From the NCBI RefSeq assembly GCF_042660085.1, contig NZ_JBHSTI010000008.1:840001-872000 (forward strand): a stretch of DNA of 32,000 nucleotides, written 5' to 3'. This document shows, piece after piece, positions 7,545-16,226 of this stretch. How positions within the stretch are numbered: the stretch's first letter is position 1; every line of letters starts with the position of its first letter. The DNA is from Longivirga aurantiaca. GTDB lineage: Bacteria > Actinomycetota > Actinomycetes > S36-B12 > CAIYMF01. Position numbers and translations under genes: made by a program. Below the pieces are notes generated by a model. That model saw nothing but the letters and a program-made list of their open reading frames with translations. It ran no database searches and was not told the origin of the DNA.

Positions 7545-9781
7545 CGGTGCACCTCCAGCTCTTCCGGTCCGAGTGCAGGGTCGAGGCAGCCCCGTTCGAT
7601 CGCCACGAGCGACACCACCTTGGTGTGGAAGCGCGCCTCGATCGCCATGTCGGAGTAAGGGTTTCGGAGCGGCTCCGGCGTCGAGCCCTTGGCGTGCCGG
7701 CCGGCGTTCGACCCGAGCGCACGGTAGAGCTCGGCGGTCACTGTGGGCGCGACGCTGAAGAGCTCAAGGTTGGCCAGAGGTGCGAGATCGCGACGGTGGA
7801 TGAGCGCCGTGCCCTTGGCCTGCAGCCCGATTGCGATGCCCGATCCCGAGAGCCGCGCCGCAGTGAGGCCGATGAGGCCGAGGTCGACCGTGTCGTTGAT
7901 GCGCACCACCCGACCGCGGCAGCCCTCCTCCTCGAGCCCCGCGAGCAGCTCCTCGAGGACGTCCTCGACCGAGAGGCCCGACAGCGTCGTCCAGATCCGC
8001 CGCCCCGTTGCTGCCGAGACCCCGATGACGACATCGGTGGGGTCCGACCCCGCTGCAGCCGGCCCGCGCACGGTGAACGCGCCGGTGCTGCCCGTCGCCT
8101 GCTCGCGCAGGAGGTCGTCGACCGACCGCTGCTGACGGACGGTGTTGATCTCGTGCAGGCGGGCGCCGGTCGGCCGATAGCCCGTGCCGGGACCGGCGTA
8201 GTCGTTGGGGTCGGTGACCAGCGAGAGCACGTTCATCTGCTCGTCGAAGATCGCGGCGGTCTGCAGGTAGTCGCCGGCCACGCGCGCGTGCAGCATCGCG
8301 AGCAGCCGCTCGGCCTCCTCGGCGTATCCGCACGCGTCGAGCGCGGTCACGACGTCGATCATCGTGACGCCGGACTGCCGGATGACCCGTGACGCCTCCA
8401 GCGGCACCATGAGGTCCGCGGCGGGGACGTCCTTGCTGCCCGCGGCGTCGACCGCCTGCTCGAGCCAGTCGTCGTCGAGGTCGGCGAGCCCGAGCCACCG
8501 GTACACGTCGCGCACGGCCTCGGCGGCACGACGACGCAGGCGCGCGACCTCCGGCTCGGCCGCGGTCCGCAGGCCGCCGTCGACGGTCCAGTCGCGCTGC
8601 ATGACCAGGTAGTCGTCGATGTCCTCGGAGTTCCACTGGCTCGGGCCGAACATGTTGTCGTAGCGCTGGATCGAGCCGAAGCCGCTGCAGATGAAGTCCG
8701 AGCCGCCGATGAAGATCGGGTGCGTCCGCGACGTACGACGGACCTCGGACTCGCTCATGAGCGCGTCGTTGCCGGTGCACGCCTCGAGGTTGCGCAGCAT
8801 CACCATGAGGTTCTCGGCCATGAGGCTCCGCACGCCGCCGGGGACGGAGCCGGCCACCGAGGCGGAGTCGATGCCGCCGTTCTGCACGCCCTGCGCGCCC
8901 ATCGCGCGGGCGAGCGACACGCAGCGCGCCTCGAGGTAGAACATCGAACAGCCCTCGGCGCCGCCCATGAGCGCCTCGGAGCCGCCGCCCGTGGTCACGC
9001 GCATCTTGATGCCGCGGCTCGCGTACGCCGAGGTGAGGAACGCCTTGGACCACGGGGTGTCGTCGCCGTCGACGAAGATCTGCTCGGTGCCGTAGAGCGA
9101 CACGGTCTCGGCGTACGACACGAGGCCCGCCATGCCGAGCTCGAGCTCGAGCGCCTCCTCGACCGAGCACTGCACGAGGACGCCGGGGGAGCCGACCGCA
9201 GCGCCGATCGACACGGCCACGGCGTTGCTGGGGGCGTCGCCGAGCACGGGCACGGTGGTCTCGATCTCGCGGAAGCCGAACGCTGCCGCGGTGGCTGCGT
9301 CGGCGGCGAGCAGCAGCGGGTCGTCGGAGCGGTTGGTGACGTGGGCCTGGTTGCTCGGCGTGCGCCGCGCGCGCATCTTGGTCATCGCGATGACGAGCTC
9401 GGCGGGCGTCAGCTGGGCGAGCACGCGCGCGAGCTTGGCGGGCGTCGCGCCCGCGGCGAGGCGCACCACCTCGGAGCGCGGCACGGCGACGTCCACCAGC
9501 ATGCGGGCGAGGGCGACGTCGTCGAGCGCCATCACCTCTCCTGCTACGGACACGTCGATGCCGTGCGCGGCGATGAACGCGTCGACGACGTCGAAGTCGG
9601 CCTCGGCCCTGCCGTCGAGCTCGACGACGCGCCCGGACGCGTCGACCGCCAGGTTCGGCACGGGGTCGCCGGGGGAGTCGAAGGCCACGAGCCCGAGCGA
9701 GGGCTCCTCGACCGCGAACCCGTCGAGGTTGACCCGCTGGGCGTCCATGAAGCGGAAGCGCCCGATCGGCTGCTCAGCCAC
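7541..9781 (-). CDS. B12-dependent diol/glycerol dehydratase, fused large plus medium subunits
   Basis: Large-subunit motifs RFRFMDAQRVNLDGFAVEEPSLGLVAF, RRTPSNQAHVTN, TTGGGSEALMGGAEGCSMFYLEARC, GAQGVQNGGIDS, FGPSQWNSEDIDDYLVMQRD; medium-subunit-like region DVVIGVSAATGRRIWTTLSGLSVEDVLEELLAGLEEEG...VFSVAPT-like...NPYSDMAIEARFHTKVVSLV from about 8093 to 7541. GTG start at 9781 with GGAG upstream. Confidence 0.9.
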   Translation of the reverse strand: MAEQPIGRFRFMDAQRVNLDGFAVEEPSLGLVAFDSPGDPVPNLAVDASGRVVELDGRAEADFDVVDAFIAAHGIDVSVAGEVMALDDVALARMLVDVAVPRSEVVRLAAGATPAKLARVLAQLTPAELVIAMTKMRARRTPSNQAHVTNRSDDPLLLAADAATAAAFGFREIETTVPVLGDAPSNAVAVSIGAAVGSPGVLVQCSVEEALELELGMAGLVSYAETVSLYGTEQIFVDGDDTPWSKAFLTSAYASRGIKMRVTTGGGSEALMGGAEGCSMFYLEARCVSLARAMGAQGVQNGGIDSASVAGSVPGGVRSLMAENLMVMLRNLEACTGNDALMSESEVRRTSRTHPIFIGGSDFICSGFGSIQRYDNMFGPSQWNSEDIDDYLVMQRDWTVDGGLRTAAEPEVARLRRRAAEAVRDVYRWLGLADLDDDWLEQAVDAAGSKDVPAADLMVPLEASRVIRQSGVTMIDVVTALDACGYAEEAERLLAMLHARVAGDYLQTAAIFDEQMNVLSLVTDPNDYAGPGTGYRPTGARLHEINTVRQQRSVDDLLREQATGSTGAFTVRGPAAAGSDPTDVVIGVSAATGRRIWTTLSGLSVEDVLEELLAGLEEEGCRGRVVRINDTVDLGLIGLTAARLSGSGIAIGLQAKGTALIHRRDLAPLANLELFSVAPTVTAELYRALGSNAGRHAKGSTPEPLRNPYSDMAIEARFHTKVVSLVAIERGCLDPALGPEELEVHR

Positions 9782-10232
9782 GGTCGTCTCCCTCCGCGTC
9801 GTACGAGGCCTCGAGGTGGTCGAAGACCGCCGCGCCGGCTGCCGCCGCCGCGGCGTCCTGCGCAGCCGTCCCGCCGCTGACGCCGACCCCGCCGACGACG
9901 CGGCCGCACGACCACAGCGGGACACCGCCCGCGAAGGCGATGTAGCGGCCGCCGTCCGCCGAGTTCATGCCGACGAGCTCGCCGCCGTCCGTGACCAGGG
10001 GGCCGAGCTCGGCCGTGGCGATGCGGTGCGCCACCGCCGTGTACGCCTTGTCGCGGGCAAGGGTCGGCCCCGCGATCTCGGCGCCGTCCATGCGCTGGAA
10101 GGCGACCAGGTGCCCGCCGCCGTCGACGACCGCCACCGACACGAGCGCGTCGGCGTCCGCCGCCGCGGCGCGGGCCGCCCCGCACATCGCGAGTGCGAGG
10201 TCGAGGTCGATCTCGGTCCTGGTCGCGCGGGC
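9774..10232 (-). CDS. GlcG/HbpS (PduO C-terminal-like) family heme-binding-type protein
   Basis: LVSVAVVDGGGHLVAFQRMDGAEIAGPTLARDKAYTAVAHR...GGVPLWSCGRVVGGVGVSGGTAAQDAAAA; ATG at 10232 with AGGAG upstream; stop overlaps the start of the dehydratase gene. Confidence 0.85.
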   Translation of the reverse strand, partial: ARATRTEIDLDLALAMCGAARAAAADADALVSVAVVDGGGHLVAFQRMDGAEIAGPTLARDKAYTAVAHRIATAELGPLVTDGGELVGMNSADGGRYIAFAGGVPLWSCGRVVGGVGVSGGTAAQDAAAAAAGAAVFDHLEASYDAEGDDRG

Positions 10233-10294
10233 CATGCGGGCTCCTGGGGGAGGGGTTGAGGACAGAATGCGCCCCAGAAGGGCGCGTTCTGCCC

Positions 10295-11311
10295 TTAGCG
10301 GGAGAACTGGCGCAGGGCGGCGTGGGTGCCGCGCATGGCGACCGCGCCCGCGAGCACGGACTTGGGCACCTTCGCGACCACGGTGTAGTTGGTGTCGACC
10401 ACGTTCGCCACCGGTGTCAGCGCGGTCTGCGACACGAGCTGGTAGGCGTCGAGGATCGACTGGCCCGTGAGCTCGGCGACCCAGAGCACCATCTGCTGGT
10501 GGGCGATGCGGAACGCGTCCTCGAGAGGACGGGCCGAGCCCGTGGTCATGATGAACGTGTCGTTCTCCATCCGCGGCCACGGTGTGGGGATGCCCTTGAC
10601 CAGGTCGAGGATCACGACGGTGTCCATGGCGCACTCGACCGCGACGCCGCAGGTCTCGCCCTCGCCCTGCCGCGCGTGACCGTCGCCCAGGCTGAACAGC
10701 GCGCCCTCGACGTTCACGCCGAGGTAGCAGGTGGTGCCCGCCCGCATCTCGGGGGTGTCCATGTTGCCGCCCCAGTCGCCCGGGGTGAGGGACGAGCGCA
10801 CCTCGCCGAGCGGGGGCGCGACGCCGACCGTGCCGTGCATGGGATCGAGCGGGAGGTCGGCGGTGAACTTCGTGTCGGCCGCGCTGTAGCGGACGAGCCT
10901 GTCCGTGGCGTCGATCTCGTAGATCCAGGTGCGCTCGAGGAGCGCGGGCTGGAGCGTGGCCGTCTGCGGGGTGGAGGTGAGCGATCCGAAGAAGGGGACC
11001 GTGCTGCTGACGCCCCAGGCCTCGCGCGGCTCGATCGAGACGAAGTGGACGGCGAGCGTGTCGCCCGGCTCGGCGCCCTCGACGTAGAAGGGGCCCGTCT
11101 GCGGGTTGAGCAGGCGGGGGTCGCACACCTCGCTCGGGAGGTCCGACGTGGAGCGCACGCGGCCGCCGAAGCAGTCGAAGGTCCAGGTCGACAGCCGGGT
11201 CCGGGGACGGACGGAGGCGACGGGGGCGACGCCGCCGAAGGTGTAGGTCAGGGCGGCGGGGTCGCCGTCGGGGTCGGGAGCCCAGAACAGGTCGGTCAGC
11301 GAGTCGGTCAC
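10295..11311 (-). CDS. Acetamidase/formamidase family protein
   Basis: GPFYVEGAEPGDTLAVHFVSIEPREAWG, MHGTVGVAPPLGEVRSSLTPGDWGGNMDTPEMRAGTTCYLGVNVEGALFSLGDGHARQGEGETCGVAVE; GTG start at 11311. Confidence 0.88.
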   Translation of the reverse strand: MTDSLTDLFWAPDPDGDPAALTYTFGGVAPVASVRPRTRLSTWTFDCFGGRVRSTSDLPSEVCDPRLLNPQTGPFYVEGAEPGDTLAVHFVSIEPREAWGVSSTVPFFGSLTSTPQTATLQPALLERTWIYEIDATDRLVRYSAADTKFTADLPLDPMHGTVGVAPPLGEVRSSLTPGDWGGNMDTPEMRAGTTCYLGVNVEGALFSLGDGHARQGEGETCGVAVECAMDTVVILDLVKGIPTPWPRMENDTFIMTTGSARPLEDAFRIAHQQMVLWVAELTGQSILDAYQLVSQTALTPVANVVDTNYTVVAKVPKSVLAGAVAMRGTHAALRQFSR

Positions 11312-11405
11312 GGCAGCAGTCTCCCTGCGCAGGCGACGGTTCGGAGGGCGAACGAAGGGGGTGCGCCGCGCATCTGCGCGACGCACCCCCTTCGGTGGTG
11401 CGAGG

Positions 11406-13019
11406 TCAGACGCGCTCGTGCGCCTCCTCGAGGGTGGTCTGGCCGATCTCGTCGTAGATCTCCGGCTTGGCCTTCTTGACCCAGAGGGCGTAGAGGAAGC
11501 CGATCACGAGGATGCCGACGATGTACCACGGCATGAGCTGGAACACGAGGCTGTCCGAGCCCAGACCGGCCGCGAACGCACGGTTGGTCCAGAGCAGGTA
11601 CAGCGCGTAGAGCATGCCCGCCGCGCCGAGGAGCGGTGCGATGAGCGTGGTGATGATGTTGCCCTTGTGCGTCTTCTTGACCCAGAAGTACGAGATCACC
11701 GCGAACGAGGTGATCGTCTGGACCAGCAGGATCATGGCCGTGCCGATCACGGCGATGAGGCCGTAGACGTTGACGTAGGGCACGAGCTCGGGCGTCGCCA
11801 CCGGGTTGCCCTCGGCGTCGGGCACGTACACGTTCGTGAAGAGCAGGAACGCGACGAGGATGACGACGGTGATGCCCGTCTGCAGGTACACCGCGTTGGC
11901 GGGCGACTGGTGCTTGGCGTTGATCTTGCCGAACGAGTTGCGCATCCAGCCCCACGCGCCCTCGCGGGCAAGGGCGTAGATGTAGCGGGACGCGGCGTTG
12001 CCGAAGGCCAGGGCGCAGGCGAACGAGCCGATGACCAGGAGGATCTTGTAGACCGTGGTCATGAAGTCGCCCATGTTGGCGGTGACGAGGCCTAGCCAGA
12101 GGTCGACCGGGTTGGCGCCGGCGGAGATCTCGACCGACTGCGCGGCACCGTTGCCGACCACGACCACCCACGACATGAGCGTGTAGAAGAGGCCGAGGCC
12201 GATGACGGCGATCATCGTGGCCCGCGGCACGTTCTTCTTCGGGTCCTTGGACTCCTCGCCGTACACGGCGGTCGTCCCGTAGCCGATCCACGACCAGAAC
12301 GCGAAGAAGATGCCGATGGCGGCGGCACCCTGTGCCACGGCGGTGCCGAAGGCGCCCTCCTCGAGGGAGTTGAACGCGTTCTGCACGGGCACGATGTCGC
12401 TGAACATGAGGCCGTCGGGGCCGCCCTTGGCGAAGACCGTGACCGCGAGGCCGAGCAGCAGGAGCACCTCGGCGACGAGGGTGACGCTGAGGACGCCGGC
12501 GGCGACGGTGATCGAGAAGTACGTGAGGAGCCCGATCGCGATGGCGCCGATGAGGGCGATCACGATCCAGTTCACGTTGATGCCGGCCGGCACGAGGATG
12601 TAGCTGGTGGCGAAGTACGCGAACCCGCCGATCAGCGAGGCCTCGAAGACGATGTAGGCCACTGCCGCGAGAAGGCCGGACGCCATGCCCCACACCTGGC
12701 CGAGGCCCTGGGAGATGAAGCCGTAGAACGCGCCCGCGGTCGTCACGTACTTCGCCATGGCGACGAAGCCGATGGTGAAGATCGTGAGGACGATCGTGGC
12801 GAAGAGGTAGCCGGCCGAGGCGCCGATGCCGTTGCCGTAACCGATCGCGATGGGCACGTTGAAGCTCATCGCGGTGATCGGCGCGGCGTTGGCCACGGCC
12901 ATGAAGAGGACGCCGACGAGGCCGACGGCGCCCGCCTTGAGGCGGACCTCCTCCTTCGGGCTCACGTGGTGGTCGCCCGGGAGGGCGGTGGGACCGTCAG
13001 GACCGTGTTCGGTCGTCAT
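11406..13019 (-). CDS. APC superfamily amino acid/amine permease
   Basis: Long multi-TM protein with SFNVPIAIGYGNGIGASAGYLFATIVLTIFTIGFVAMAKY...FWSWIGYGTTAVYGEESKDPKKNVPRATM; ATG 13019 preceded by GAAAGGAA. Confidence 0.88.
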   Translation of the reverse strand: MTTEHGPDGPTALPGDHHVSPKEEVRLKAGAVGLVGVLFMAVANAAPITAMSFNVPIAIGYGNGIGASAGYLFATIVLTIFTIGFVAMAKYVTTAGAFYGFISQGLGQVWGMASGLLAAVAYIVFEASLIGGFAYFATSYILVPAGINVNWIVIALIGAIAIGLLTYFSITVAAGVLSVTLVAEVLLLLGLAVTVFAKGGPDGLMFSDIVPVQNAFNSLEEGAFGTAVAQGAAAIGIFFAFWSWIGYGTTAVYGEESKDPKKNVPRATMIAVIGLGLFYTLMSWVVVVGNGAAQSVEISAGANPVDLWLGLVTANMGDFMTTVYKILLVIGSFACALAFGNAASRYIYALAREGAWGWMRNSFGKINAKHQSPANAVYLQTGITVVILVAFLLFTNVYVPDAEGNPVATPELVPYVNVYGLIAVIGTAMILLVQTITSFAVISYFWVKKTHKGNIITTLIAPLLGAAGMLYALYLLWTNRAFAAGLGSDSLVFQLMPWYIVGILVIGFLYALWVKKAKPEIYDEIGQTTLEEAHERV

Positions 13020-13329
13020 GCGCGGGTGTTCCTTTCGCTGGAGGCGCTGGGGGCGTGCCGCCGTCCGTCGGCCCGCTCCGTGATCGGGCTCACACGTTGT
13101 GGCGGAGTATTCACTGGACCTTTGGACCGAATCAAGCATTTTGGCGAACCGTTTACGCAGCCGAAACGGTCCCCCGTTCGGTCCAGCGTGGGGCGGGGGT
13201 CGACGAAATGTCCGCGTACGGCACGGTCGCCCCGCACGGCCCCGCAGGATGTGCCGCACATACGGTCTTGTTTTGGTCTGGTCATTCGGTATGCTCCGGT
13301 CATCGGTGCGAACGCGACCGGAGGTTCCC
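13020..13329. promoter_or_regulatory. Divergent BMC-locus promoter/operator region
   Basis: Candidate rightward promoter TTGTTT (13268-13273)-16 bp-TATGCT (13290-13295). Candidate leftward promoter, written on the minus strand, TTGATT (13135-13130)-18 bp-AATACT (13111-13106). Several inverted and direct GGTCC/GGTCAT-containing repeats. Confidence 0.5.
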
Positions 13330-14655
13330 ATGACCGACCAGATCCGGGTCGAGGACGGCGAGACGCCGCTCGACTACGGCTTCTTCTCGTTCGCGTCCAA
13401 GACCGAAATGCTCGAGAAGAGCAAGGAGTTCTGGAACCCGGACAAGACCACGTTCTGGTCCGAGTCGGGCGTCCCCCTGGTCATCGACCGGCGCGAGGAC
13501 TACTTCATCTACGACGTCACCGGCAAGCGCCTCATCGACGTGCACCTCAACGGCGGCACGTACAACCTCGGGCACCGCAACCCCGAGATGGTGCAGGCCA
13601 TCACCGTGGCGATGCAGCACTTCGACATCGGCAACCACCACTTCCCGTCGCTCGCGCGCACGGCGCTGGCCGAGGCCCTCATCGCCACCGCGCCGAGGAA
13701 CCTGTCGAAGGTCGTCTACGCGTCCGGCGGCGGCGAGGCGATCGACATCGCGATCAAGACCGCGCGGCACGCCACGCAGAAGCGCAGGATCCTCTCGATC
13801 GTGAAGGCCTACCACGGCCACACCGGCCTCGCCGTCGGCACGGGCGACGACCGCTTCTCCAAGCTCTTCCTCTCGGACCAGCCCGAGGACTTCCCGCACG
13901 TCCCGTTCAACGACCTCCAGGCCATGGAGGACGTGCTCAAGGGGCGAGACATCGCCGCGGTGATCATGGAGACGATCCCGGCGACGTACGGCTTCCCGCT
14001 GCCGGACCCGGGCTATCTCGAGGCCGTCAAGCGCCTGTGCGAGAAGTACGACGCGCTCTACATCGCCGACGAGGTGCAGACCGGGCTCATGCGCACCGGC
14101 GAGCTCTGGGGCATCACCAAGCACGGCATCGAGCCGGACATCCTCGTGACGGGCAAGGGCATCTCGGGCGGCATGTACCCGATCGCGGCCGTGCTCGTGA
14201 GCGAGCGGGCGGCCGGCTGGCTCGACGAGGACGGCTTCGGCCACATCTCGACCTTCGGCGGCGCCGAGCTCGGCTGCATCGCCGCGCTCAAGGCGCTCGA
14301 GATCTGCAACCGCCCCGAGACGCGGTCGATGGTCCACTACATCTCGGACTTCATCGGGCGCGGCCTGCGCGACATCCAGGCGACCTACCCCGACTGGTTC
14401 GTCGGCATCCGCCAGAACGGCGTGGTGATGGGCCTGGAGTTCGCGCACCCGCAGGGGGCCAAGGCGGTCATGAAGAGGCTCTACGAGAACGGCGTGTGGG
14501 CGATCTTCTCCACGCTCGACCCCCGGGTGCTGCAGTACAAGCCCGGGATCCTGCTCAAGCCCGAGGTGGCCGAGGAGCTGCTCGACCGCACCGAGGTGGG
14601 CATCGCCAGGGCCCGCGAGGACGTGCTCGGCGCGGGCAGGAAGGCGTGGCGCTGA
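13330..14655 (+). CDS. Class III (PLP) aminotransferase family protein; by context a candidate amino-alcohol-phosphate phospho-lyase
   Basis: MTDQIRVEDGETPLDYGFFSFASKTEML...VYASGGGEAIDIAIKTARHAT...YHGHTGLAVGTGDDRFSK...LYIADEVQTGLMRTGELWGITKHGIEPDILVTGKGISGGMYPIAAVL; GGAGG RBS. Confidence 0.9.
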   Translation: MTDQIRVEDGETPLDYGFFSFASKTEMLEKSKEFWNPDKTTFWSESGVPLVIDRREDYFIYDVTGKRLIDVHLNGGTYNLGHRNPEMVQAITVAMQHFDIGNHHFPSLARTALAEALIATAPRNLSKVVYASGGGEAIDIAIKTARHATQKRRILSIVKAYHGHTGLAVGTGDDRFSKLFLSDQPEDFPHVPFNDLQAMEDVLKGRDIAAVIMETIPATYGFPLPDPGYLEAVKRLCEKYDALYIADEVQTGLMRTGELWGITKHGIEPDILVTGKGISGGMYPIAAVLVSERAAGWLDEDGFGHISTFGGAELGCIAALKALEICNRPETRSMVHYISDFIGRGLRDIQATYPDWFVGIRQNGVVMGLEFAHPQGAKAVMKRLYENGVWAIFSTLDPRVLQYKPGILLKPEVAEELLDRTEVGIARAREDVLGAGRKAWR

Positions 14656-16223
14656 TGGTCGAGACCATGTTCGAGATGCCGCTCGACCCCGCCGGTGTGC
14701 CGCGCGGCCGGGCCATGGTCGAGCGCGCCGAGTGGGCGGCCCGCGCGTTCGCGTCGTACGACGCCGCCACGGTGCAGCGCATCGTCGACGCCGCTGCCGG
14801 TGCGGGCGCCGCCCACGCGAAGGAGCTCGCCGAGGAGGCCGTGCGCGAGACCGGGTTCGGCGTGGCCGAGCACAAGCTGCTCAAGAACCTCGCGTGCTCG
14901 CGCGGGATCGCCGAGCTCTACAGGGCGGCCGACTACGTCGACGTCGTGGTCGACGCCGACGCGAAGATCGTGTCGGTGCCGCGCCCGGCCGGTGTGGTGC
15001 TCGCGCTGACGCCGTCGACCAACCCTGTCGCGACCGTCTTCTTCAAGACCCTGCTCGCGCTGCTGACGCGCAACGCCATCGTGATCTGCCCGCACCCTTA
15101 CGCCAAGGAGGTGTGCGCCAAGGCGGCGCGCATCATGTCCGAGGCCGCCGTGGCCGCGGGAGCCCCCGACGGCTGCATCCAGGTGGTCGAGGAGCCGTCG
15201 ATCCCGCTCGTCAACGCGCTCATGACCGACCCGCGCACCGACGTCATCGTGGCGACCGGCGGCTCGGCGATGGTGCGCTCGGCGTACCGCAGCGGCAACC
15301 CCGCCATCGGCGTGGGGCCCGGCAACGTGCCGGTGCTCGTCGACGCCTCCGCCGACCTCGCCGCGGCCGCCAAGCGGATCGTCGACAGCAAGGCGTTCGA
15401 CAACTCGATCCTGTGCACCAACGAGAGCGTGCTCGTGGTCGAGAAGGCGGTCGCGAAGCAGCTGGTGAGCCAGCTCGAGCGCGCGGGCGCGCACCTGCTG
15501 GCCCCCGACGAGCGCGACCGTGTGCGCGACCTGATCTTCCCCGGCGGCCACTTCGACACCGCGTGGGTGGGCAAGGACGCCACCGACATCGCGAAGGCCG
15601 CCGGCGTGCGTGTGGGGCCGCGCACCCGGATCCTGCTCGCGCCGTTCGACCTCGTCGTGCCCGAGGAGCCGCTCGCGCACGAGAAGCTCTGCCCGGTGCT
15701 CGGCATGGTGGTGGTCGAGACGGCCGCCCGCGGCATCGACGCCGCCCGCGCGGTCCTGCGCATCACGGGCGAGGGTCACTCGGCCGCGATCCACAGCACC
15801 GACGCGCGCACGATCATGGAGTTCTCCGCGGCGGTCCGCGTGCTGCGCGTGTCGGTCAACGTCGGCAACAGCCTCGGCAGCTCGGGTCTCGAGACCAACC
15901 TCGCGCCCTCGATGACGATCGGCACCGGCTTCTTCGGCCGCTCGTCGGTGGGCGAGAACCTCGAGCCCAAGCACCTCGTCAACTGGACGCGCATGGCGTG
16001 GAACGCCGACTCCTCGGTGCGGATGCCCGACCTCGCCGCGCTCACCCCGTGGCACGCGCCCGACGGCCCGGTGCCGGCGTACCCGCGGGCGTCCAACGAC
16101 GGAGGGTCGCCGCTCGTGCCGTCGCCCACGACGGACATCGCGGTCGAGGGCGCGCCGGACAACCTGCGCGACGAGATCCGCCGGCTCATCATCGAAGAGC
16201 TCAACGCGATCGTGCGGGGCTGA
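14655..16223 (+). CDS. CoA-acylating aldehyde dehydrogenase (BMC-associated PduP/EutE-like) with C-terminal encapsulation-peptide-like extension
   Basis: PAGVVLALTPSTNPVATVFFKTLLALLTRNAIVICPHPYAKEV, ATGGSAMVRSAYRSGNPAIGVGPGNVPVLVDASADLAAAAKRIVDSKAFDNSILCTNES; C-terminal linker plus DEIRRLIIEELNAIVRG; TGATG overlap with the aminotransferase gene. Confidence 0.93.
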   Translation: MVETMFEMPLDPAGVPRGRAMVERAEWAARAFASYDAATVQRIVDAAAGAGAAHAKELAEEAVRETGFGVAEHKLLKNLACSRGIAELYRAADYVDVVVDADAKIVSVPRPAGVVLALTPSTNPVATVFFKTLLALLTRNAIVICPHPYAKEVCAKAARIMSEAAVAAGAPDGCIQVVEEPSIPLVNALMTDPRTDVIVATGGSAMVRSAYRSGNPAIGVGPGNVPVLVDASADLAAAAKRIVDSKAFDNSILCTNESVLVVEKAVAKQLVSQLERAGAHLLAPDERDRVRDLIFPGGHFDTAWVGKDATDIAKAAGVRVGPRTRILLAPFDLVVPEEPLAHEKLCPVLGMVVVETAARGIDAARAVLRITGEGHSAAIHSTDARTIMEFSAAVRVLRVSVNVGNSLGSSGLETNLAPSMTIGTGFFGRSSVGENLEPKHLVNWTRMAWNADSSVRMPDLAALTPWHAPDGPVPAYPRASNDGGSPLVPSPTTDIAVEGAPDNLRDEIRRLIIEELNAIVRG

Positions 16224-16226
16224 CCT

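Noticed and set aside
7541-9925. Using the full 794-aa ORF-track start for the diol dehydratase
   Set aside because: The first 48 residues (MSRCGRAAASSAGSAS...) overlap the HbpS-like gene in another frame. GTG at 9781 has a good RBS and begins the conserved sequence.
12966-14654. N-terminal half of the 1085-aa plus-strand ORF 12966..16223
   Set aside because: The region is out of frame with the aminotransferase gene. Real coding in this frame begins at ATG 14655, where the AldDH sequence starts.
13330-14655. Calling the class III aminotransferase a plain GABA or diaminobutyrate aminotransferase
   Set aside because: Its position beside kinase, SDR and acylating AldDH in a BMC locus favours an amino-alcohol-phosphate phospho-lyase; substrate left as context-based inference.
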